Shown here: piece after piece, positions 21,132 to 24,000 of the stretch
Numbering within the stretch: the first letter of the stretch is position 1
Layout of the letters: each line of letters begins with the position of its first letter
Made by a program: the position numbers and the translations under genes
The notes under the pieces: generated by a model
Database searches by the model: none
What the model was told of the DNA's origin: nothing
What the model saw: only the letters and a program-made list of their open reading frames with translations
DNA from: Inquilinaceae bacterium
GTDB lineage: Bacteria > Pseudomonadota > Alphaproteobacteria > DSM-16000 > Inquilinaceae
Assembly: GCA_965249875.1 (NCBI GenBank)
Contig: OZ252255.1
Location: forward strand, 3,352,993 to 3,376,992
Length of the DNA: 24,000 bases
Direction: 5' to 3'

Positions 21132-22031
21132 ATGCTAGGGTCACAAGCCATCAATCTGACCGGCTCCATCGCCGGGCTAGATATCGGCGTGCCGGAAGTC
21201 TTTCGTTTCGGCTTTGCCCATTTTCCAACCGCCGTGGCAACGACTGACAGTTGGACCTTTCACGACGGCGCTGAGATCATCTTTCTGCTGGAGGGTGAGG
21301 CTTGCTGGGAGCTTGAGGGCGAGTTTCTCGTGCCGCTCTATGGCGGTCAGAGCGCGCTGTTTACCCGCAAGCTTCGTCACCGGATCACCAACGGCATCTA
21401 TCCACCCAGTAGCACATTCTGGATTGTTCTGCGGGGGCCTGAATGTTCCTTCGACCCGGCCCTACTGACGCCCGAGAGCTGCCGAAAGTTTCAGAGCGAT
21501 CTCGGCCAACGCGGCCTTACACGCAAAGTCACTGCCAAATGCCTTGAGAGCATTTGCGAGATGACCCGGTTGATGAAGGACAAGAAGCTCTACACCGGCA
21601 GCGAAATCTTGGTCGCGGAAATGCGGGCGCACCTGCATCTCGTGCTGATCGAAACCTGGAAAGCCCACCATTATCGCCAACCGCGAAAGGGCGATTCCGA
21701 AATTGTCGAACGTGCGCTGGAGGCCATTCACGAGACCGGCGGTACAGGCATCTCAATCAGCGACCTGGCCCAAGAAATGGGCTGCAGCCGGGGCCATCTT
21801 TACAATCAGTTCCGCAGCATCGTCGGCATGCCGCCCAGCGATTACGCCCAACGCTTACGCATCAAGGAATCCTGCCGGCTTCTTTCCTCGGATACAGCCT
21901 CAATCACCGAAATCGCGCACGATAACGGCTTCAGCAGCTCGCAACATTTCTCCCGCGTGTTCAAACGCTATCTAGGTGTGACGCCTTCGGGCTACCGCAG
22001 TCAGGTCCAAAAAATCGGATCTACCCAATGA
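21132..22031 (+). CDS. AraC family transcriptional regulator (N-terminal cupin-like sensor + C-terminal double HTH)
   Basis: The C-terminus is ISISDLAQEMGCSRGHLYNQFRSIVGMPPSDYAQRLRIKESCRLL...ITEIAHDNGFSSSQHFSRVFKRYLGVTPSGYR. Its stop overlaps the ATPase start (ATGA at 22028-22031). Confidence 0.88.
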   Translation: MLGSQAINLTGSIAGLDIGVPEVFRFGFAHFPTAVATTDSWTFHDGAEIIFLLEGEACWELEGEFLVPLYGGQSALFTRKLRHRITNGIYPPSSTFWIVLRGPECSFDPALLTPESCRKFQSDLGQRGLTRKVTAKCLESICEMTRLMKDKKLYTGSEILVAEMRAHLHLVLIETWKAHHYRQPRKGDSEIVERALEAIHETGGTGISISDLAQEMGCSRGHLYNQFRSIVGMPPSDYAQRLRIKESCRLLSSDTASITEIAHDNGFSSSQHFSRVFKRYLGVTPSGYRSQVQKIGSTQ

Positions 22032-23143
22032 GCACCCTGGAACTGACGGGCATCCGCAAATCGTTCGGCCAGGTCGACGTGATCCACGGCATCGATCTGT
22101 CCGTGACCGATGGGGAATTCCTCGTTCTCGTTGGCCCTTCTGGCTGCGGCAAATCGACGACGCTACGGATGATCGCCGGGCTGGAGACCATCACCGAAGG
22201 TGAGTTGCGAATTGACGGGGTGCTGATGAACGACGCGACGCCGGTTCAGCGGGCCGTTGCGATGGTGTTTCAGAACTACGCGCTCTACCCCAACATGACG
22301 GTACGGCAAAACATGGCGTTCGGCTTGGAACAAGCCAGAACCCCGAGGGCCGAAATCCGCAAGATGGTCGATGAAGCGGCGCGCACGCTGAAAATCGAGA
22401 CCTTGCTTGACCGGCGCCCCAGCCAGCTTTCCGGCGGTCAGAGCCAGCGCGTCGCCATCGGCCGAGCCATCGTGCGCAACCCCGGCATTTTCCTATTCGA
22501 TGAACCGCTTTCCAACCTGGATGCCGAACTTCGGGTCCATATGCGCGTCGAATTGGGCCGTCTGCACGAACGGCTCGGCAAGACAATGATCTATGTGACC
22601 CACGACCAGGTTGAGGCCATGACGATGGCCGACCGAATCGCCGTCTTTAACGGTGGACGGATCGAACAAATCGGCGCGCCACTGGAGCTGTATAACGACC
22701 CGGCAAATCTGTTTGTCGCCAAGTTCATCGGCTCGCCGCAGATGAACCTGTTGTGCGGAACCGCCCATCCCCGCGAGGGCGGACTGGCGTTCGAAGCGAT
22801 ATCACAGACTCTCGATGTGCCGGTCGGGCTCAGTGTCTCGCCCGGGTCGGATCTAACCGTCGGCGTTCGGCCAGAGCACCTGGAGATCGTATCGCCCGAA
22901 GACGGTGATTTGCCGGCGACGGTGGACCTTACCGAACAGCTGGGCAGCGAGACCTTTGTTTACTGTCGCCAGGACAACCAGGAAGAACCCTGGATCGTCA
23001 AGAACATCGGTCAAGTCTTCCTGCGGGCTGGCGAGACCATCGGCCTGCGCATTCCCTGGGATCAAGCCCATTTCTTTGCGTCTGACAGCGGCGACTCGCT
23101 GCTGCGCGACCGGCAACCCGTTGCGGGATCGAAAGTCGCCTGA
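22028..23143 (+). CDS. Sugar ABC transporter ATP-binding protein (MalK/UgpC-like, with C-terminal TOBE-type regulatory domain)
   Basis: Walker A is GPSGCGKST. The Q-loop is FQNYALYP and the signature is LSGGQSQRVAIGRA. Walker B is IFLFDEPLSNLD and the H-loop is YVTHDQ. A ~130-aa C-terminal extension resembles that of MalK. Confidence 0.93.
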   Translation: MSTLELTGIRKSFGQVDVIHGIDLSVTDGEFLVLVGPSGCGKSTTLRMIAGLETITEGELRIDGVLMNDATPVQRAVAMVFQNYALYPNMTVRQNMAFGLEQARTPRAEIRKMVDEAARTLKIETLLDRRPSQLSGGQSQRVAIGRAIVRNPGIFLFDEPLSNLDAELRVHMRVELGRLHERLGKTMIYVTHDQVEAMTMADRIAVFNGGRIEQIGAPLELYNDPANLFVAKFIGSPQMNLLCGTAHPREGGLAFEAISQTLDVPVGLSVSPGSDLTVGVRPEHLEIVSPEDGDLPATVDLTEQLGSETFVYCRQDNQEEPWIVKNIGQVFLRAGETIGLRIPWDQAHFFASDSGDSLLRDRQPVAGSKVA

Positions 23144-23251
23144 TTGGCTAGAACAGCAGCATGGCTTTGGTTGACGGCTGGGTGATGCGATTGCGAGTGT
23201 CGGGATTGCCGCATTTTTCGCCGGCACCCCACACTCGTAGGAATTCAAGCC

Positions 23252-24000
23252 ATGCCCCTGCCCAGTCGACCGAACATCTTGATCTTCATGGTCGACCAGT
23301 TGAACGGCACCCTGTTTCCGGATGGACCGGCCGAATGGTTGCACACACCCCACCTGCGTTGGCTGGCCGAACGGTCGGTGCGGTTTCGGAACAGTTACAC
23401 GCCCTCACCGTTATGTGCGCCGGGTCGGGCGGCGTTCATGTCAGGACAGCTACCCTCGCGAACGGGCGTCTACGACAATGCGGCCGAGTTTCCATCGGAC
23501 ATACCGACGTTCGCCCACCATTTGCGCAACGCCGGCTATCGGACTTGCCTATCGGGCAAAATGCACTTCGTCGGCCCCGACCAACTGCATGGTTTCGAGG
23601 AACGGCTGACGACGGATGTTTATCCGGCAGATTTCGGTTGGACGCCCGACTATCGCAAACCGGGTGAGCGGATCGATTGGTGGTATCACAATCTCGGCTC
23701 GGTCACCGGGGCCGGGGTCGGCGAAATCAGCAATCAGCTGGACTATGACGACGAGGTTGCGTTCTGCGCCTCACAAAAACTGTATGATTTGGTGCGAGAG
23801 AAGGACGGTCGCCCCTGGTGCCTGACTGTCAGCTTCACCCACCCGCACGATCCCTATGTCGCCAGGCGTAAATTCTGGGATCTTTATGAGGATTGCGAGC
23901 ATCTGCTGCCGCACACGCCGGCCTTTGCCTATGACGATCACGATCCGCACGCGCGTCGGATATTCGATGCCAATGATTGGCGAAGCTACGACATAACGGA
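23252..24000 (+). CDS. betC: Choline-sulfatase, N-terminal ~249 aa (3' end lies outside the window)
   Basis: This open-ended frame is missing from the ORF track because it has no stop in the window. My own translation, MPLPSRPNILIFMVDQLNGTLFPDGPAEWLHTPHL...SPLCAPGRAAFMSGQLPSRTGVYDNAAEF...GKMHFVGPDQLHGFEERLTTDVYPADFGWTPDYRKPGERIDWWYHNLGSVTGAG...WCLTVSFTHPHDPYVARRKFWDLYEDCEH, is near-colinear with S. meliloti BetC as I recall it. The sulfatase CxPxR formylglycine motif is CAPGR. Confidence 0.9.
   Translation, partial: MPLPSRPNILIFMVDQLNGTLFPDGPAEWLHTPHLRWLAERSVRFRNSYTPSPLCAPGRAAFMSGQLPSRTGVYDNAAEFPSDIPTFAHHLRNAGYRTCLSGKMHFVGPDQLHGFEERLTTDVYPADFGWTPDYRKPGERIDWWYHNLGSVTGAGVGEISNQLDYDDEVAFCASQKLYDLVREKDGRPWCLTVSFTHPHDPYVARRKFWDLYEDCEHLLPHTPAFAYDDHDPHARRIFDANDWRSYDIT

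Noticed and set aside
23161-23825. ORF-track ORFs 23161-23667, 23322-23609 and 23616-23825 on the plus strand.
   Set aside because: They are out-of-frame shadows of the open-ended betC frame that starts at 23252. That frame is absent from the track only because it has no stop codon inside the window.
1-24000. Many long ORFs in the six-frame track lie antisense to, or out of frame with, the genes called above. Examples are 5062-5883 +, 5169-5828 -, 1954-2898 -, 14262-15182 -, 15674-16531 -, 17888-18739 -, 18746-19417 -, 9353-9925 + and 10503-11135 -.
   Set aside because: Their translations are Arg/Pro/Gly/Ala/Ser-rich, low-complexity strings typical of shadow frames in GC-rich DNA. Each is fully overlapped by an ORF with clear family motifs. 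None has a recognisable domain.
1-24000. I searched by eye for CRISPR arrays, IS elements or terminal inverted repeats, integrases, tRNA or rRNA genes, toxin-antitoxin pairs and known defence-system genes.
   Set aside because: I saw no regularly spaced direct repeats, no transposase- or integrase-like translation, and no tRNA-like cloverleaf candidates in the intergenic regions. The XRE-S24 gene is the only phage-flavoured gene, and it stands alone.

Overview
This is a GC-rich bacterial chromosomal segment, most likely alphaproteobacterial. That guess rests on a PAS_5/DUF1457-type protein, a rhizobial-type BetC and general gene style, and it was not verified by any search. I support about 25 protein-coding genes. 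I found no rRNA, tRNA, CRISPR array, transposase or integrase. All identifications come from reading the translated ORFs and comparing them by eye with family motifs recalled from memory; no database search was run.

Layout:
- (a) 1-10.9 kb holds mixed metabolic and regulatory genes. These are the 3' part of tdh, a PhnM-family amidohydrolase with a TauE/SafE exporter, a lipoprotein alpha/beta-hydrolase, a VOC protein, a SAM methyltransferase, pirin, a small ORF, a LysR regulator, a GNAT, a two-subunit aconitase X (DUF521 + DUF126), a PAS_5 protein and trxA.
- (b) 10.9-15.2 kb is a quorum-sensing-type locus. It contains an XRE-HTH/S24-like repressor, a doubtful small ORF and a canonical LuxR-type receptor. 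Transcribed divergently from luxR is one 670-aa ORF in which a complete cytochrome P450 is fused in frame, with essentially no linker, to a complete LuxI-type acyl-homoserine-lactone synthase. The shared 192-bp control region carries two copies of a dyad spaced 30 bp apart, and a strong hairpin terminator closes the locus.
- (c) 15.3-23.1 kb holds a GH116 (GBA2-like) glycosidase followed by a CUT1-type sugar ABC transporter. An AraC regulator is embedded between the permease and ATPase genes.
- (d) From 23.25 kb to the window end is the 5' part of choline-sulfatase betC.

The P450-LuxI fusion with its cognate LuxR is the most unusual element. I do not recall this architecture being described.
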